Sequence record: MZ956761.1
Direction: 5' to 3' (one strand)
Origin: a phage
Length of the DNA: 64,000 nt
The translations under genes were made by a program, and so were the position numbers. The notes below the pieces were generated by a model that worked only from the letters and a program-made list of their open reading frames with translations, did not search any database and was not told the origin of the DNA. Each line of letters opens with the position of its first letter. The stretch's first letter is position 1. Positions 9,020 through 19,489 of the stretch are shown here, in pieces.

Positions 9020-9346
9020 ATGACTATTCAAATTAAAAACGCCATCAATTCTTATGCATATGATAAAGTAGTCTCTTTGCTAGAAAAAGGCAATATTGTA
9101 ACTCCTCAAATTTTGGATAAATGGGAAAAAGAGCTTCATCAGACGATGAAACAGAATGATCAGAAAATTGGGCGCAATACTGTCCGCGAATTGTTAGTTC
9201 AATATATCTTGTCAGAATTTGATGTTAAAGCTTTTGGTGTAGAATCTAAAGCTTATCAAAAGCATGAAATTTCCGATAAAACTATTCGTCGCATGAAAAA
9301 TCAACGCAAGAAAAAATTTGCTGACCTGAAAATTGCTAAGGTATGA
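9020..9346 (+). CDS. hypothetical protein (108 aa)
   Basis: ORF with GAGGA RBS. Confidence 0.5.
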   Translation: MTIQIKNAINSYAYDKVVSLLEKGNIVTPQILDKWEKELHQTMKQNDQKIGRNTVRELLVQYILSEFDVKAFGVESKAYQKHEISDKTIRRMKNQRKKKFADLKIAKV

Positions 9347-9564
9347 ATATGAACGAAGCTCTTATTAACGATTTACGTCTTGCCGGATATGAAGTAAATA
9401 CAAATAGCATTGGTTTAACTCAAATTGAAGGAAATGGATTCATCCTTGAGTATGAATTTAGCCAATGGTGGTTATACGCTAATTATGGCGAATTGATTGA
9501 ATACGTTGACCAGTTTGATTCACTAGATGCAGCTCTTGAAGCGGCTAAGTTGATGAATGCATGA
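9343..9564 (+). CDS. hypothetical acidic protein (73 aa)
   Basis: ATGA-coupled ORF. Confidence 0.5.
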   Translation: MNMNEALINDLRLAGYEVNTNSIGLTQIEGNGFILEYEFSQWWLYANYGELIEYVDQFDSLDAALEAAKLMNA

Positions 9565-9830
9565 AATTTATTAATATTTCTATTACTATTGAAAATTATG
9601 GCATTTTCTATGTTGATCAATACATGAAAATTTCATTTTTCCCAAATAAGACTGGTGTTGGATATTGGGAAAGCCATGTTTCTGAATTAAATGAAAGTGA
9701 ATATGCTAGCACACATGAAAAGTTTTTAGACTTTTTATATCATGCTGATTTAACTAGTCATTATATAGATATTCATGAATTTAAAAAGATGATGGAGAAA
9801 GTGTTCCAAGCATACTGCTTACTTAGATAA
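9561..9830 (+). CDS. hypothetical protein (89 aa)
   Basis: ATGA-coupled ORF. Confidence 0.5.
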   Translation: MKFINISITIENYGIFYVDQYMKISFFPNKTGVGYWESHVSELNESEYASTHEKFLDFLYHADLTSHYIDIHEFKKMMEKVFQAYCLLR

Positions 9831-9908
9831 CTAATATCCTCTATGCTTTAAGATAGATCTTCAAATATTATGATATAATAGATCTATGAATTGAGCTAAG
9901 AGGTGAAA

Positions 9909-10466
9909 ATGTCAGAAACTAAGCCTAAATATAATTACGTAAACAATAAAGAGCTTTTACAAGCTATTATTGATTGGAAAACAGAATTAGCAAATAATAA
10001 AGACCCAAATAAAGTAGTTCGTCAGAATGATACTATCGGATTAGCCATTATGCTTATTGCAGAAGGCTTATCTAAACGTTTCAACTTTTCAGGATACACC
10101 CAATCCTGGAAACAAGAAATGATTGCAGATGGTATAGAAGCTTCTATTAAGGGGCTTCATAATTTTGATGAAACGAAATATAAAAACCCACATGCATATA
10201 TAACTCAAGCTTGTTTTAATGCATTCGTCCAACGTATTAAAAAAGAACGTAAGGAAGTTGCAAAGAAATACAGTTACTTCGTTCACAATGTCTATGACAG
10301 TCGTGACGACGATATGGTTGCGTTAGTAGATGAAACTTTTATTCAAGACATCTACGATAAAATGACGCATTACGAAGAATCAACCTATAGAACACCGGGG
10401 GCTGAAAAGAAAAGTGTTGTAGACGATTCTCCTAGTTTGGATTTTTTATATGAGGCTAACGATTAA
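9909..10466 (+). CDS. 55: late-transcription sigma factor gp55
   Basis: 185 aa from ATG 9909; N-terminus [20 protein letters not shown] matches my recollection of T4 gp55. Confidence 0.9.
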
Positions 10467-10668
10467 CCTCTCCGGATTCTTGGAAGAAATACCTGAAGTT
10501 GAAGCTATTCCCTATTTACTTAAAATGTATCTCAGGGAAGTTTTAGCTCTTGACATTGATATTGATCCAGAAAATCCGTATGATACCGCTTTTAAATCTA
10601 ATGGTGTAGAATTAAACTATCGGTATCATTTAACAGATGATGATTTTTATTTTATATTAGAGAAATAA
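10450..10668 (+). CDS. hypothetical protein (72 aa)
   Basis: ORF overlapping gp55 3' end. Confidence 0.4.
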
Positions 10669-10669
10669 T

Positions 10670-10987
10670 ATGACTGATAAACCCGAAATTAATGATGAAG
10701 TGGAAAAGCTTATTTCTTCTATTGAAGAAAAGAACCGTCTTGAAGCAGAAAGAAAAGCAAATAAGTTATTGTCTAAAAACAAACGCGAACTGAACCGTCT
10801 TTATAAGCACGCTCAGATTGCAGCTGAAAACAATAATTTTGCTCAATACGAATATGCTATCAAGAAAAGTCGGGATATTCTAAAACAGCCATATAACGAT
10901 GAACTCATTAGTATTCTTTGGAAGACTACTAGATCGCAGATTGAGGATATGATTGATGCTTACACATGTAAAATTCAAGCGTCTTAA
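10670..10987 (+). CDS. hypothetical protein (105 aa)
   Basis: ORF. Confidence 0.5.
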   Translation: MTDKPEINDEVEKLISSIEEKNRLEAERKANKLLSKNKRELNRLYKHAQIAAENNNFAQYEYAIKKSRDILKQPYNDELISILWKTTRSQIEDMIDAYTCKIQAS

Positions 10988-11159
10988 AATTAATGCAGGA
11001 TTTACTGAATCTTTGAATGGTCATCTTTGTGTGAAAATTTCTGAAAAAGAATACCATGATAGTTCAATTAAAGAAGTTAATCCTCCTATTGTAAGAGCAG
11101 ACCCTAATATGAAAGTGTGGGTTGATTCTTATCAAGTCAAAAAATGGTGGCAACTGTGA
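10953..11159 (+). CDS. hypothetical protein (68 aa)
   Basis: ORF overlapping upstream 3' end in another frame. Confidence 0.4.
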   Translation: MMLTHVKFKRLKINAGFTESLNGHLCVKISEKEYHDSSIKEVNPPIVRADPNMKVWVDSYQVKKWWQL

Positions 11160-11162
11160 AAG

Positions 11163-11336
11163 ATGAACGCCCAGACTTGTGAAATAGATTATAATAAAAT
11201 TCGTTCCTCTAAAGTAGAAATGATGAGGCGCTTTAAAGAGTCTCATGATAAAGCTAAAGCAGAAGGAACTATAACATATAAGCGCATAAAATTTAGAAGC
11301 TCTAATGAGCCTCTGTATGGTGTATTATGCGGATAG
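11163..11336 (+). CDS. hypothetical protein (57 aa)
   Basis: ATG 11163 just after upstream stop; below ORF-track cutoff. Confidence 0.35.
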   Translation: MNAQTCEIDYNKIRSSKVEMMRRFKESHDKAKAEGTITYKRIKFRSSNEPLYGVLCG

Positions 11337-11350
11337 GAGCTTCGGCTCCT
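11335..11350 (+). terminator. UUCG-loop hairpin (terminator or RNA stability element)
   Basis: AGGAGC-TTCG-GCTCCT, no strong U tract. Confidence 0.4.
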
Positions 11351-11353
11351 ATA

Positions 11354-11378
11354 TTGCTTTATAAATTTTTGGTAAAAT
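11354..11378 (+). promoter_or_regulatory. candidate MotA-dependent middle promoter upstream of a-gt
   Basis: TTGCTTTA box 11354-11361, about 11 nt, TAAAAT 11373-11378. Confidence 0.4.
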
Positions 11379-11402
11379 AAACCAAAACAATGAGGATATT
11401 AA

Positions 11403-12605
11403 ATGAAAGTATGCATTTTTATGGCTCGAGGTCTTGAAGGTTGTGGTGTAACTAAATTTTCTCTTGAGCAACGTGATTGGTTTATTAAAAATGGTCATGA
11501 AGTAACTTTGGTTTATGCTAAAGATAAATCATTTACTCGTAACTGCGCGCACGATTATAAATCATTTTCAATTCCGGTTTTATTGGCAAAAGAATACGAT
11601 AAAACACTTAAGCTGGTAAATGATTGTGATATTCTAATTATCAATTCAGTTCCTGCTACTTCAGTTGAAGAAGACACTATTAATAACTATAAAAAAATTA
11701 TTGATAACATTAAACCTTCGGTTCGTGTTGTAGTTTATCAACATGACCATTCTTCTCTTTCTTTGCGACGAAATTTGGGATTAGAAGAAACTGTTCGTCG
11801 AGCTGATGTTATTTTTAGCCATTCTGATAATGGTGATTTTAATAAAGTTCTGATGAAAGAATGGTATCCAGAAACTGTTTCTCTGTTTGATGATATTGAA
11901 GAAGCGCCGACAGTATATAACTTTCAGCCTCCTATGGATATTGCGAAGGTTCGGTCAACCTACTGGAAAGATGTTTCTGAAATTAACATGAATGTCAACC
12001 GTTGGATTGGTCGTACGACTACATGGAAGGGTTTTTATCAGATGTTTGATTTTCACGAAAAACATCTTAAACCTGCAGGACTAAGTACTATTATGGAAGG
12101 TCTGGAACGTTCTCCAGCATTCATTCCTATTAAAGAAAAAGGAATTCCATACGAGTATTATCGTCTTCATCAAGTAGACCAAATTAAAATTGCTCCTAAT
12201 TTGCCAACGCAAATTCTTGACCGTTATGTAAATAGCGAAATGCTTGAGCGTATGAGTAAATCCGGATTTGGTTATCAGTTGAGTAAGTTGGATAAAAAAT
12301 ATCTACAACGTTCTTTAGAATATACTCATCTCGAGCTTGGTGCATGTGGAACAATTCCGGTATTTTGGAAATCTACTGGCGAAAATTTAAAATTCCGTGT
12401 TGATAATACTCCTTTGACCTCACATGATAGCGGTATCATTTGGTTTGATGAAAATGATATGGAATCAACATTCGAGCGTATTAAAGAACTGTCATCTGAC
12501 CGAGCTCTTTATGACCGTGAGCGAGAAAAAGCGTATGAATTTTTGTATCAGCATCAAGATTCAAGCTTCTGCTTTAAAGAACAGTTTGACATTATTACAA
12601 AATAA
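11403..12605 (+). CDS. a-gt: DNA alpha-glucosyltransferase
   Basis: 400 aa, same size and position (between 55 and 47) as T4 a-gt. Confidence 0.8.
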   Translation: MKVCIFMARGLEGCGVTKFSLEQRDWFIKNGHEVTLVYAKDKSFTRNCAHDYKSFSIPVLLAKEYDKTLKLVNDCDILIINSVPATSVEEDTINNYKKIIDNIKPSVRVVVYQHDHSSLSLRRNLGLEETVRRADVIFSHSDNGDFNKVLMKEWYPETVSLFDDIEEAPTVYNFQPPMDIAKVRSTYWKDVSEINMNVNRWIGRTTTWKGFYQMFDFHEKHLKPAGLSTIMEGLERSPAFIPIKEKGIPYEYYRLHQVDQIKIAPNLPTQILDRYVNSEMLERMSKSGFGYQLSKLDKKYLQRSLEYTHLELGACGTIPVFWKSTGENLKFRVDNTPLTSHDSGIIWFDENDMESTFERIKELSSDRALYDREREKAYEFLYQHQDSSFCFKEQFDIITK

Positions 12606-12620
12606 AGGGCTTCGGCCCTT
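12605..12620 (+). terminator. UUCG-loop hairpin after a-gt
   Basis: AAGGGC-TTCG-GCCCTT. Confidence 0.55.
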
Positions 12621-12644
12621 TAGCTTTATACGGAGTTTGATATA

Positions 12645-12785
12645 ATGATATTTCTTGGATATGTGATACTTTTTCTAGCGTTTTATCTATTCGCCAGAGC
12701 ATGTTGGATTGGGTTCTTTAGCACTCCAGATGGATTTATTTCAATAATTTTATTTTGCATTTCAATGACGGTTCTTGATATATGA
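12645..12785 (+). CDS. hypothetical small membrane protein (46 aa)
   Basis: ATG 12645 with GGAG RBS; hydrophobic; stop overlaps gene 47 start. Confidence 0.4.
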   Translation: MIFLGYVILFLAFYLFARACWIGFFSTPDGFISIILFCISMTVLDI

Positions 12786-13801
12786 AAATTTTAAATTTAG
12801 GTGATTGGCATTTAGGTGTTAAAGCCGATGATGAGTGGGTTCAATCTATTCAGCTGGATGGAATTAAACAAGCAATAGAATATTCTAAGAAAAACGGAAT
12901 TACTACATGGATTCAATACGGCGATATTTTTGATGTGCGAAAAGCAATCACGCATAAAACTATGGAGTTCGCTCGTGAAATAGTTCAAATGCTTGATGAT
13001 GCTGGTATTACCCTACATACTGTTGTAGGAAACCATGATATGCACTTTAAAAATACTTTAACTCCAAATGCTTCTACTGAGCTTTTGGCTAAATATCCTA
13101 ATGTTAAAGTATATGATAAGCCTACTACAGTAGATTTTGACGGATGTTTAATTGATTTAATTCCTTGGATGTGTGAAGAAAATACTGGTGAAATTCTTGA
13201 ACACATCAAAACTTCATCTGCTTCTTTTTGCGTTGGTCACTGGGAACTGAATGGATTTTATTTTTATAAAGGAATGAAATCTCACGGTCTTGAACCTGAT
13301 TTCCTTAAGACTTATAAGGAAGTGTGGTCTGGTCACTTCCATACTATCTCTGAGGCTGCTAACGTCAGATATATTGGGACACCATGGACACTAACTGCAG
13401 GTGACGAGAATGACCCTCGTGGGTTCTGGATGTTTGATACAGAAACAGAACGAATGGAATTTATTCCAAACAACACCACCTGGCATCGTCGAATTCAATA
13501 TCCATTTAAGGGAAAAATTGACTATAAAGATTTTACAAATCTATCAGTACGTGTTATAGTAACTGAGGTAGACAAAAATCTAACGAAGTTCGAATCTGAA
13601 CTAGAAAAAGTTGTGCATTCATTACGAGTTGTGTCAAAGATTGATAACTCTGTCGAGTCAGATGATAGTGAAGAAGTTGAAGTTCAATCTCTTCAGACAT
13701 TGATGGAAGAATACATTAATGCAATTCCAGACATCACTGATTCTGATCGCGAAGCACTTATTCAATATGCAAATCAGTTATATGTAGAGGCAACACAATG
13801 A
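12782..13801 (+). CDS. 47: recombination nuclease subunit gp47 (Mre11-like)
   Basis: 339 aa; GDWHLG and GNHD phosphoesterase motifs. Confidence 0.9.
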   Translation: MKILNLGDWHLGVKADDEWVQSIQLDGIKQAIEYSKKNGITTWIQYGDIFDVRKAITHKTMEFAREIVQMLDDAGITLHTVVGNHDMHFKNTLTPNASTELLAKYPNVKVYDKPTTVDFDGCLIDLIPWMCEENTGEILEHIKTSSASFCVGHWELNGFYFYKGMKSHGLEPDFLKTYKEVWSGHFHTISEAANVRYIGTPWTLTAGDENDPRGFWMFDTETERMEFIPNNTTWHRRIQYPFKGKIDYKDFTNLSVRVIVTEVDKNLTKFESELEKVVHSLRVVSKIDNSVESDDSEEVEVQSLQTLMEEYINAIPDITDSDREALIQYANQLYVEATQ

Positions 13802-14061
13802 CTTTTGATGAATTTAAAAATGTTATGATGAGTCAGCATTTTGAATGCGAAGTAAAAGATGATATTGGGCATAAAGAAATTATTGAATATTGGTTTGAAC
13901 CGCTAGAGGTTGAAGATAATTGTATTAAAAAGGTTACGGTCTGCACTGACTGGGCTGTATCTTTTAACTTCAACATTTTAGATAATGATACACCTAAATC
14001 ATTACAAGATATGGCTGTATCTTGTATTAAGGATGCATACTGTGAAGTTTTCGACATTTGA
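13798..14061 (+). CDS. hypothetical protein (87 aa)
   Basis: ATGA-coupled ORF. Confidence 0.45.
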   Translation: MTFDEFKNVMMSQHFECEVKDDIGHKEIIEYWFEPLEVEDNCIKKVTVCTDWAVSFNFNILDNDTPKSLQDMAVSCIKDAYCEVFDI

Positions 14062-14248
14062 CATTAATGATGAATTCATAGCAAATATTGATTACACCGA
14101 AGAAGATTCTAGATATGTTGGAATAATTTATATCACATCAAAAGCAGCACAAGGCGTTGTTTGCATGGCTGAATTTGATGAATACTTTTTAGATTATGAT
14201 GATATGATAGAATGGTCTAAAAGATACATTAAAAGGAATCTTTTGTGA
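14033..14248 (+). CDS. hypothetical protein (about 71 aa)
   Basis: ATG 14033 in frame of listed ORF 13985-14248; start uncertain. Confidence 0.4.
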   Translation: MHTVKFSTFDINDEFIANIDYTEEDSRYVGIIYITSKAAQGVVCMAEFDEYFLDYDDMIEWSKRYIKRNLL

Positions 14249-15933
14249 AGAATTTTAAACTAAACCGAGTTAGGTATCAAAATATAATGTCAGTAGGTGG
14301 AAATCCTATTGACATTCAACTAGATAAGGTTCAAAAAACTCTTATTACTGGACGAAATGGCGGTGGTAAGTCTACTATGTTAGAAGCCATCACATTTGGG
14401 CTTTTTGGCAAGCCATTTCGTGATGTAAAGAAAGGTCAATTAATAAACAGCACAAATAAGAAAGAACTTTTAGTTGAACTGTGGATGGAATATGATGAGA
14501 AAAAGTACTATATCAAAAGAGGACAAAAACCAAACGTTTTCGAAATCACCGTTAACGGTACACGTCTTAATGAATCTGCCAGCAGTAAAGATTTCCAAGC
14601 AGAATTTGAACAGCTTATCGGAATGTCATATGCCAGTTTCAAGCAGATTGTTGTCCTTGGTACAGCAGGGTATACCCCTTTCATGGGTTTGTCGACCCCT
14701 GCACGAAGAAAGCTTGTGGAAGACCTGCTCGAGGTAGGAACATTAGCTGAAATGGATAAGCTTAATAAAGCACTAATACGTGAATTAAATTCACAAAACC
14801 AAGTGCTTGATGTTAAAAAAGATAGTATTATCCAACAAATTAAAATATATAATGATAACGTTGAACGCCAGAAAAAATTAACTGGTGATAACCTTACTCG
14901 TCTACAGAATATGTATGATGATTTGGCAAAAGAAGCTAGAACGTTAAAATCGGAAATAGAAGAAGCTAATGAAAGATTAGTTAATATTGTTTTGGATGAA
15001 GACCCGACTGATGCATTTAATAAAATCGGTCAAGAAGCATTTTTAATTAAATCAAAAATTGACTCGTATAATAAAGTCATTAATATGTATCACGAAGGTG
15101 GATTATGTCCAACCTGTTTGTCACAATTAAGTTCCGGTGATAAAGTTGTTTCTAAAATTAAAGATAAAGTTTCTGAATGCACGCATTCGTTTGAACAGCT
15201 TTCAACNCNNCNNGNNNNNNNNNNAGTATNTCGTTNNTNANTNNNGNGATNNTNNNAANNNCNANNNGTNNGTTGCTTGCNNNTNNTNTGTNNCNNTNNA
15301 AANCANTNNNTNNNCACGACTGTAGATAAAGCTAAAANAGTTAAAGCAGCTATAGAANAAGCATCATCTGAGTTTATTGNCCATGCTGATNAAATNGCNC
15401 TGCTTNAAGANGAACTTGATAAAATTGTTAAGNCAAANACTAATTTNNTAATGGAAAAATNCCACNGAGGAATTTTGACTGATATGCTCAAAGATTCTGG
15501 TATTAANGGTGCTATTATTAAAAAGTACATTCCATTATTTAATAAGCAGATTAACCATTATCTTAAAATAATGGAAGCGGATTATGTGTTTACATTAGAT
15601 GAAGAATTTAATGAGACAATTAAATCCCGTGGTCGTGAAGATTTTAGTTATGCTTCATTCAGTCAAGGCGAAAAAGCACGAATTGATATTGCTCTTCTAT
15701 TTACTTGGCGTGATATTGCTGAAAAAGTTTCAGGTGTTAAAATAAACACACTAATTCTCGATGAAGTTTTTGATTCAGCAACTGATGTTGAAGGTGTAAA
15801 AGCTATTTCAACTATTTTAGATAGTTTAAAAAATACTAATGTTTTTGTTATTTCACATAGAGACCACGACCCGCAAGCATATGGTCAGCATCTTCAAATG
15901 AAGAAAGTTGGTCGATTTACTGTAATGGTTTAA
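14245..15933 (+). CDS. 46: recombination ATPase gp46 (Rad50/SbcC-like)
   Basis: 562 aa; Walker A GRNGGGKST; central part contains ambiguous bases. Confidence 0.85.
   Translation: MKNFKLNRVRYQNIMSVGGNPIDIQLDKVQKTLITGRNGGGKSTMLEAITFGLFGKPFRDVKKGQLINSTNKKELLVELWMEYDEKKYYIKRGQKPNVFEITVNGTRLNESASSKDFQAEFEQLIGMSYASFKQIVVLGTAGYTPFMGLSTPARRKLVEDLLEVGTLAEMDKLNKALIRELNSQNQVLDVKKDSIIQQIKIYNDNVERQKKLTGDNLTRLQNMYDDLAKEARTLKSEIEEANERLVNIVLDEDPTDAFNKIGQEAFLIKSKIDSYNKVINMYHEGGLCPTCLSQLSSGDKVVSKIKDKVSECTHSFEQLSXXXXXXXVXRXXXXXXXXXXXXXCLXXXCXXXXXXXXTTVDKAKXVKAAIEXASSEFIXHADXXXLLXXELDKIVKXXTNXXMEKXHXGILTDMLKDSGIXGAIIKKYIPLFNKQINHYLKIMEADYVFTLDEEFNETIKSRGREDFSYASFSQGEKARIDIALLFTWRDIAEKVSGVKINTLILDEVFDSATDVEGVKAISTILDSLKNTNVFVISHRDHDPQAYGQHLQMKKVGRFTVMV
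15207..15507. other. run of ambiguous bases (N) inside gene 46
   Basis: Scattered N characters in the sequence. Confidence 0.95.
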
Positions 15934-15939
15934 TTTATA

Positions 15940-15975
15940 AGAGATTATGCTTTAATTTATTAGAGTATAATCTCT
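15940..15975 (+). promoter_or_regulatory. hairpin-embedded -10 element (9-bp inverted repeat)
   Basis: AGAGATTAT 15940-15948 / ATAATCTCT 15967-15975, TATAAT 15966-15971. Confidence 0.4.
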
Positions 15976-15988
15976 ATGGAGGAAAAAC

Positions 15989-16177
15989 ATGGAATATTCA
16001 ACTGGACAGCATCTATTAACTATTCCTGAAATAAAACGATATATTCTGAGAAATAATTTTTCTAATGAAGAGCATATAGTTACTGAATCTATGCTTAAGA
16101 ATGCATTTAAAGCAGAATATACAAAAATAATGTCCAATAGAAATGAAGCTTGGACTGTTACTGATTATTATGACTAA
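15989..16177 (+). CDS. hypothetical protein (62 aa)
   Basis: ORF with GGAGG RBS. Confidence 0.45.
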   Translation: MEYSTGQHLLTIPEIKRYILRNNFSNEEHIVTESMLKNAFKAEYTKIMSNRNEAWTVTDYYD

Positions 16178-16186
16178 AGGTGTATT

Positions 16187-16576
16187 ATGACTAAAATTAC
16201 TGTGAATTATACTGTTGATGTAAAAGATATTCAGCCAAAACACGTGCGTTCTGAATCAAATCCACAAAACCAAAATAAAATTCGTCGAGCATGGGTTTTG
16301 TCTCTTTCTGATAACGCGATGGAAGTTATTCAGAGCAAAATTAAATCTGCACCTGCTCGTCATGCGTATTATGAAGCTATCGATCGTGAAGTAAGTAATA
16401 AATGGATTGAACTAATGCGCAAACATACGACAGAATCTTTAAATGCTGGTGCTAAATTTATTATGACTTCATGCGGTGAACGCCTTGAAGACGATTATTG
16501 TGGTAATGCAGATGAACGCCTAATTGTTGCTGCTCAAATTGTTGCGGAAACAATTGCTGCCGATTTTAATCGTTAA
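16187..16576 (+). CDS. rpbA: RNA polymerase-binding protein RpbA
   Basis: 129 aa, directly upstream of gene 45 as in T4. Confidence 0.65.
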   Translation: MTKITVNYTVDVKDIQPKHVRSESNPQNQNKIRRAWVLSLSDNAMEVIQSKIKSAPARHAYYEAIDREVSNKWIELMRKHTTESLNAGAKFIMTSCGERLEDDYCGNADERLIVAAQIVAETIAADFNR

Positions 16577-16602
16577 TTGCTTTATTAAATTAGTTATAAA
16601 AT
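16577..16602 (+). promoter_or_regulatory. candidate middle promoter for gene 45
   Basis: TTGCTTTA 16577-16584, 12 nt spacer, TAAAAT 16597-16602. Confidence 0.45.
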
Positions 16603-16631
16603 TAAATCTCATTTGAATTGAAGGAAATTAC

Positions 16632-17318
16632 ATGAAACTGTCTAAAGATACTACTGCTCTGCTCAAAAATTTCGCTACTATTAACTCTGGCATTATGCTT
16701 AAATCCGGTCAATTTATTATGACTCGTGCAGTTAATGGTACAACTTACGCGGAAGCAAATATTTCTGACGTTATTGATTTTGATGTAGCAATTTACGATT
16801 TGAACGGTTTTCTCGGTATTCTGTCCCTAGTTAATGACGATGCAGAAATTTCCCAGTCAGAAGATGGAAATATTAAAATTGCTGATGCTCGTTCAACAAT
16901 TTTTTGGCCAGCAGCCGATCCGAGTACAGTAGTTGCTCCTAATAAACCAATTCCATTCCCGGTAGCATCTGTTGTTACTGAAATTAAAGCTGAAGACCTT
17001 CAACAGCTGTTGCGTGTATCTCGCGGTCTGCAGATTGATACAATTGCTATCACAGTAAAAGAAGGTAAAATCATAATTAACGGTTTTAATAAAGTAGAAG
17101 ATTCTGCTTTGACCCGCGTTAAATATTCTTTGACTCTTGGTGATTATGATGGTGAAAATACATTTAATTTCATTATCAATATGGCAAATATGAAAATGCA
17201 ACCAGGAAATTATAAACTTCTGCTCTGGGCAAAAGGTAAACAAGGTGCTGCTAAATTTGAAGGTGAACACGCAAATTATGTAGTAGCTCTTGAAGCTGAT
17301 TCTACCCACGATTTTTAA
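16632..17318 (+). CDS. 45: sliding clamp gp45
   Basis: 228 aa; synteny 45-44-62-regA-43. Confidence 0.9.
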   Translation: MKLSKDTTALLKNFATINSGIMLKSGQFIMTRAVNGTTYAEANISDVIDFDVAIYDLNGFLGILSLVNDDAEISQSEDGNIKIADARSTIFWPAADPSTVVAPNKPIPFPVASVVTEIKAEDLQQLLRVSRGLQIDTIAITVKEGKIIINGFNKVEDSALTRVKYSLTLGDYDGENTFNFIINMANMKMQPGNYKLLLWAKGKQGAAKFEGEHANYVVALEADSTHDF

Positions 17319-17321
17319 TAG

Positions 17322-17337
17322 AGGGCTTCGGCCCTTT
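17322..17337 (+). terminator. UUCG-loop hairpin after gene 45
   Basis: AGGGC-TTCG-GCCCTT. Confidence 0.5.
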
Positions 17338-17369
17338 ATAATTTACACTAAAACTTGAATGAGGAAATT

Positions 17370-18329
17370 ATGATTACCGTAAATGAAAAAGAACACATTC
17401 TTGAACAGAAATATCGTCCATCTACTATCGATGAATGTATTCTTCCCGCCTTTGATAAAGAAACCTTTAAATCTATTACAAGTAAAGGTAAGATTCCACA
17501 TATTATTCTTCATTCTCCTTCTCCAGGAACAGGTAAAACAACTGTAGCAAAAGCATTGTGTCATGATGTAAATGCTGATATGATGTTTGTGAATGGATCA
17601 GATTGTAAAATTGATTTTGTTCGTGGTCCTTTGACTAATTTTGCCAGCGCCGCTTCATTTGATGGTCGTCAAAAAGTAATCGTTATTGATGAATTTGACC
17701 GTTCAGGGCTAGCAGAGTCTCAGCGACATCTTCGTTCCTTTATGGAAGCTTATAGTTCAAACTGTAGTATTATTATTACTGCTAACAATATTGATGGTAT
17801 TATTAAACCGCTTCAGTCGCGCTGTCGAGTTATTACATTCGGTCAACCGACTGATGAAGATAAAATTGAAATGATGAAGCAGATGATTCGTCGATTGACT
17901 GAAATCTGCAAGCATGAAGGAATTGCTATAGCTGATATGAAAGTTGTAGCAGCTTTGGTTAAAAAGAATTTTCCTGATTTTCGTAAAACTATTGGTGAGC
18001 TCGATAGTTATTCATCTAAAGGTGTTTTGGATGCTGGTATTTTATCACTGGTTACTAACGATCGTGGTGCTATTGATGATGTTCTTGAGTCTCTCAAAAA
18101 TAAAGATGTTAAACAGCTCAGAGCTTTAGCGCCAAAATATGCAGCTGATTATTCGTGGTTCGTAGGTAAACTTGCCGAAGAAATTTATACACGCGTAACT
18201 CCGCAAAGTATTATTCGTATGTATGAAATTGTTGGTGAAAATAACCAGTATCATGGAATTGCGGCTAATACGGAATTACATTTAGCATATCTTTTCATTC
18301 AATTAGCATGCGAAATGCAGTGGAAGTGA
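17370..18329 (+). CDS. 44: clamp-loader large subunit gp44 (AAA+)
   Basis: 319 aa from ATG 17370; Walker [11 protein letters not shown]; N-terminus [17 protein letters not shown] as recalled for T4. Confidence 0.9.
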   Translation: MITVNEKEHILEQKYRPSTIDECILPAFDKETFKSITSKGKIPHIILHSPSPGTGKTTVAKALCHDVNADMMFVNGSDCKIDFVRGPLTNFASAASFDGRQKVIVIDEFDRSGLAESQRHLRSFMEAYSSNCSIIITANNIDGIIKPLQSRCRVITFGQPTDEDKIEMMKQMIRRLTEICKHEGIAIADMKVVAALVKKNFPDFRKTIGELDSYSSKGVLDAGILSLVTNDRGAIDDVLESLKNKDVKQLRALAPKYAADYSWFVGKLAEEIYTRVTPQSIIRMYEIVGENNQYHGIAANTELHLAYLFIQLACEMQWK

Positions 18330-18330
18330 T

Positions 18331-18894
18331 ATGAGCTTATTTGAAGATGATATTCAATTAAACGAGCATCAAGTTGCTTGGTATTCAAAAGATTGGACAG
18401 CTGTCCAATCTGCTGCTGATTCTTTTAAGGAAAAAGCTGAAAATGAATTTTTTGAAATAATTGGAGCTATTAATAATAAAACTAAATGCTCTATTGCTCA
18501 AAAAGATTATTCAAAATACATGGTTGAGAATGCATTATCACAATTTCCTGAATGCATGCCAGCTGTATATGCTATGAATTTAATTGGATCAGGTTTAAGC
18601 GATGAAGCACATTTTAATTATCTGATGGCTGCTGTTCCTCGGGGTAAAAGATATGGTAAATGGGCAAAACTGGTCGAAGATTCTACCGAAGTATTGATTA
18701 TTAAGTTACTTGCTAAGCGGTATCAAGTTAATACAAATGATGCAATTAACTATAAATCAATTCTTACTAAAAATGGAAAACTTCCTTTAGTATTAAAAGA
18801 ACTAAAAGGTTTAGTCACGGATGATTTTTTAAAAGAAGTGACTAAGAACGTAAAAGAACAGAAACAACTCAAAAAACTAGCATTGGAATGGTAA
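18331..18894 (+). CDS. 62: clamp-loader small subunit gp62
   Basis: 187 aa, coupled to gene 44. Confidence 0.85.
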   Translation: MSLFEDDIQLNEHQVAWYSKDWTAVQSAADSFKEKAENEFFEIIGAINNKTKCSIAQKDYSKYMVENALSQFPECMPAVYAMNLIGSGLSDEAHFNYLMAAVPRGKRYGKWAKLVEDSTEVLIIKLLAKRYQVNTNDAINYKSILTKNGKLPLVLKELKGLVTDDFLKEVTKNVKEQKQLKKLALEW

Positions 18895-18895
18895 A

Positions 18896-19264
18896 ATGAT
18901 TGAAATTACTCTTAAAAAACCTGAAGATTTTCTGAAAGTAAAAGAAACTTTGACTCGTATGGGAATTGCTAATAATAAAGATAAAGTTCTGTATCAGTCC
19001 TGCCACATTCTTCAGAAAAAAGGACTATACTATATCGTTCATTTTAAAGAAATGCTTCGTATGGATGGCCGTCAGGTTGAAATGACAGAAGAAGATGAAG
19101 TTCGTCGTGATTCGATTGCGTGGCTGTTAGAAGATTGGGGACTGATTGAAATCGTTCCTGGTCAAAGAACTTTTATGAAAGATTTAACCAATAACTTCCG
19201 AGTTATTTCTTTTAAACAAAAACATGAGTGGAAACTCGTTCCTAAATATACGATTGGTAATTAA
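18896..19264 (+). CDS. regA: translational repressor RegA
   Basis: 122 aa, coupled to gene 62. Confidence 0.85.
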   Translation: MIEITLKKPEDFLKVKETLTRMGIANNKDKVLYQSCHILQKKGLYYIVHFKEMLRMDGRQVEMTEEDEVRRDSIAWLLEDWGLIEIVPGQRTFMKDLTNNFRVISFKQKHEWKLVPKYTIGN

Positions 19265-19265
19265 T

Positions 19266-19487
19266 ATGACTGCTATAACTCCACAAGAATACATGGCGTC
19301 TCTTAAAGAAAAATATAATCTTTCTGCAACAGAAACACTTTTTGATTTACCAGAAAACCTCCAACTAAAATTTCAGGTAGAATTTCAAAAATTAGTTCAC
19401 CCAGAACAAAAACACTTTACCGCAGTGGTTAAGTCAATTAATGCAGATGGATTAACAATTTTTCACCGACAACTGGTATTAATTTAA
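19266..19487 (+). CDS. hypothetical protein (73 aa) between regA and gene 43
   Basis: ATG 19266 two nt after regA stop; followed by terminator hairpin. Confidence 0.5.
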   Translation: MTAITPQEYMASLKEKYNLSATETLFDLPENLQLKFQVEFQKLVHPEQKHFTAVVKSINADGLTIFHRQLVLI

Positions 19488-19489
19488 GC

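Noticed and set aside
12424-12645. 73-aa + strand ORF overlapping the a-gt 3' end
   Set aside because: Alternative frame inside a-gt and across its terminator hairpin; no independent support.
14474-14737. 87-aa + strand ORF inside gene 46
   Set aside because: Alternative frame of the conserved gp46 ATPase domain.
16893-17309. 138-aa ORF on - strand
   Set aside because: Antisense to the gp45 sliding clamp.
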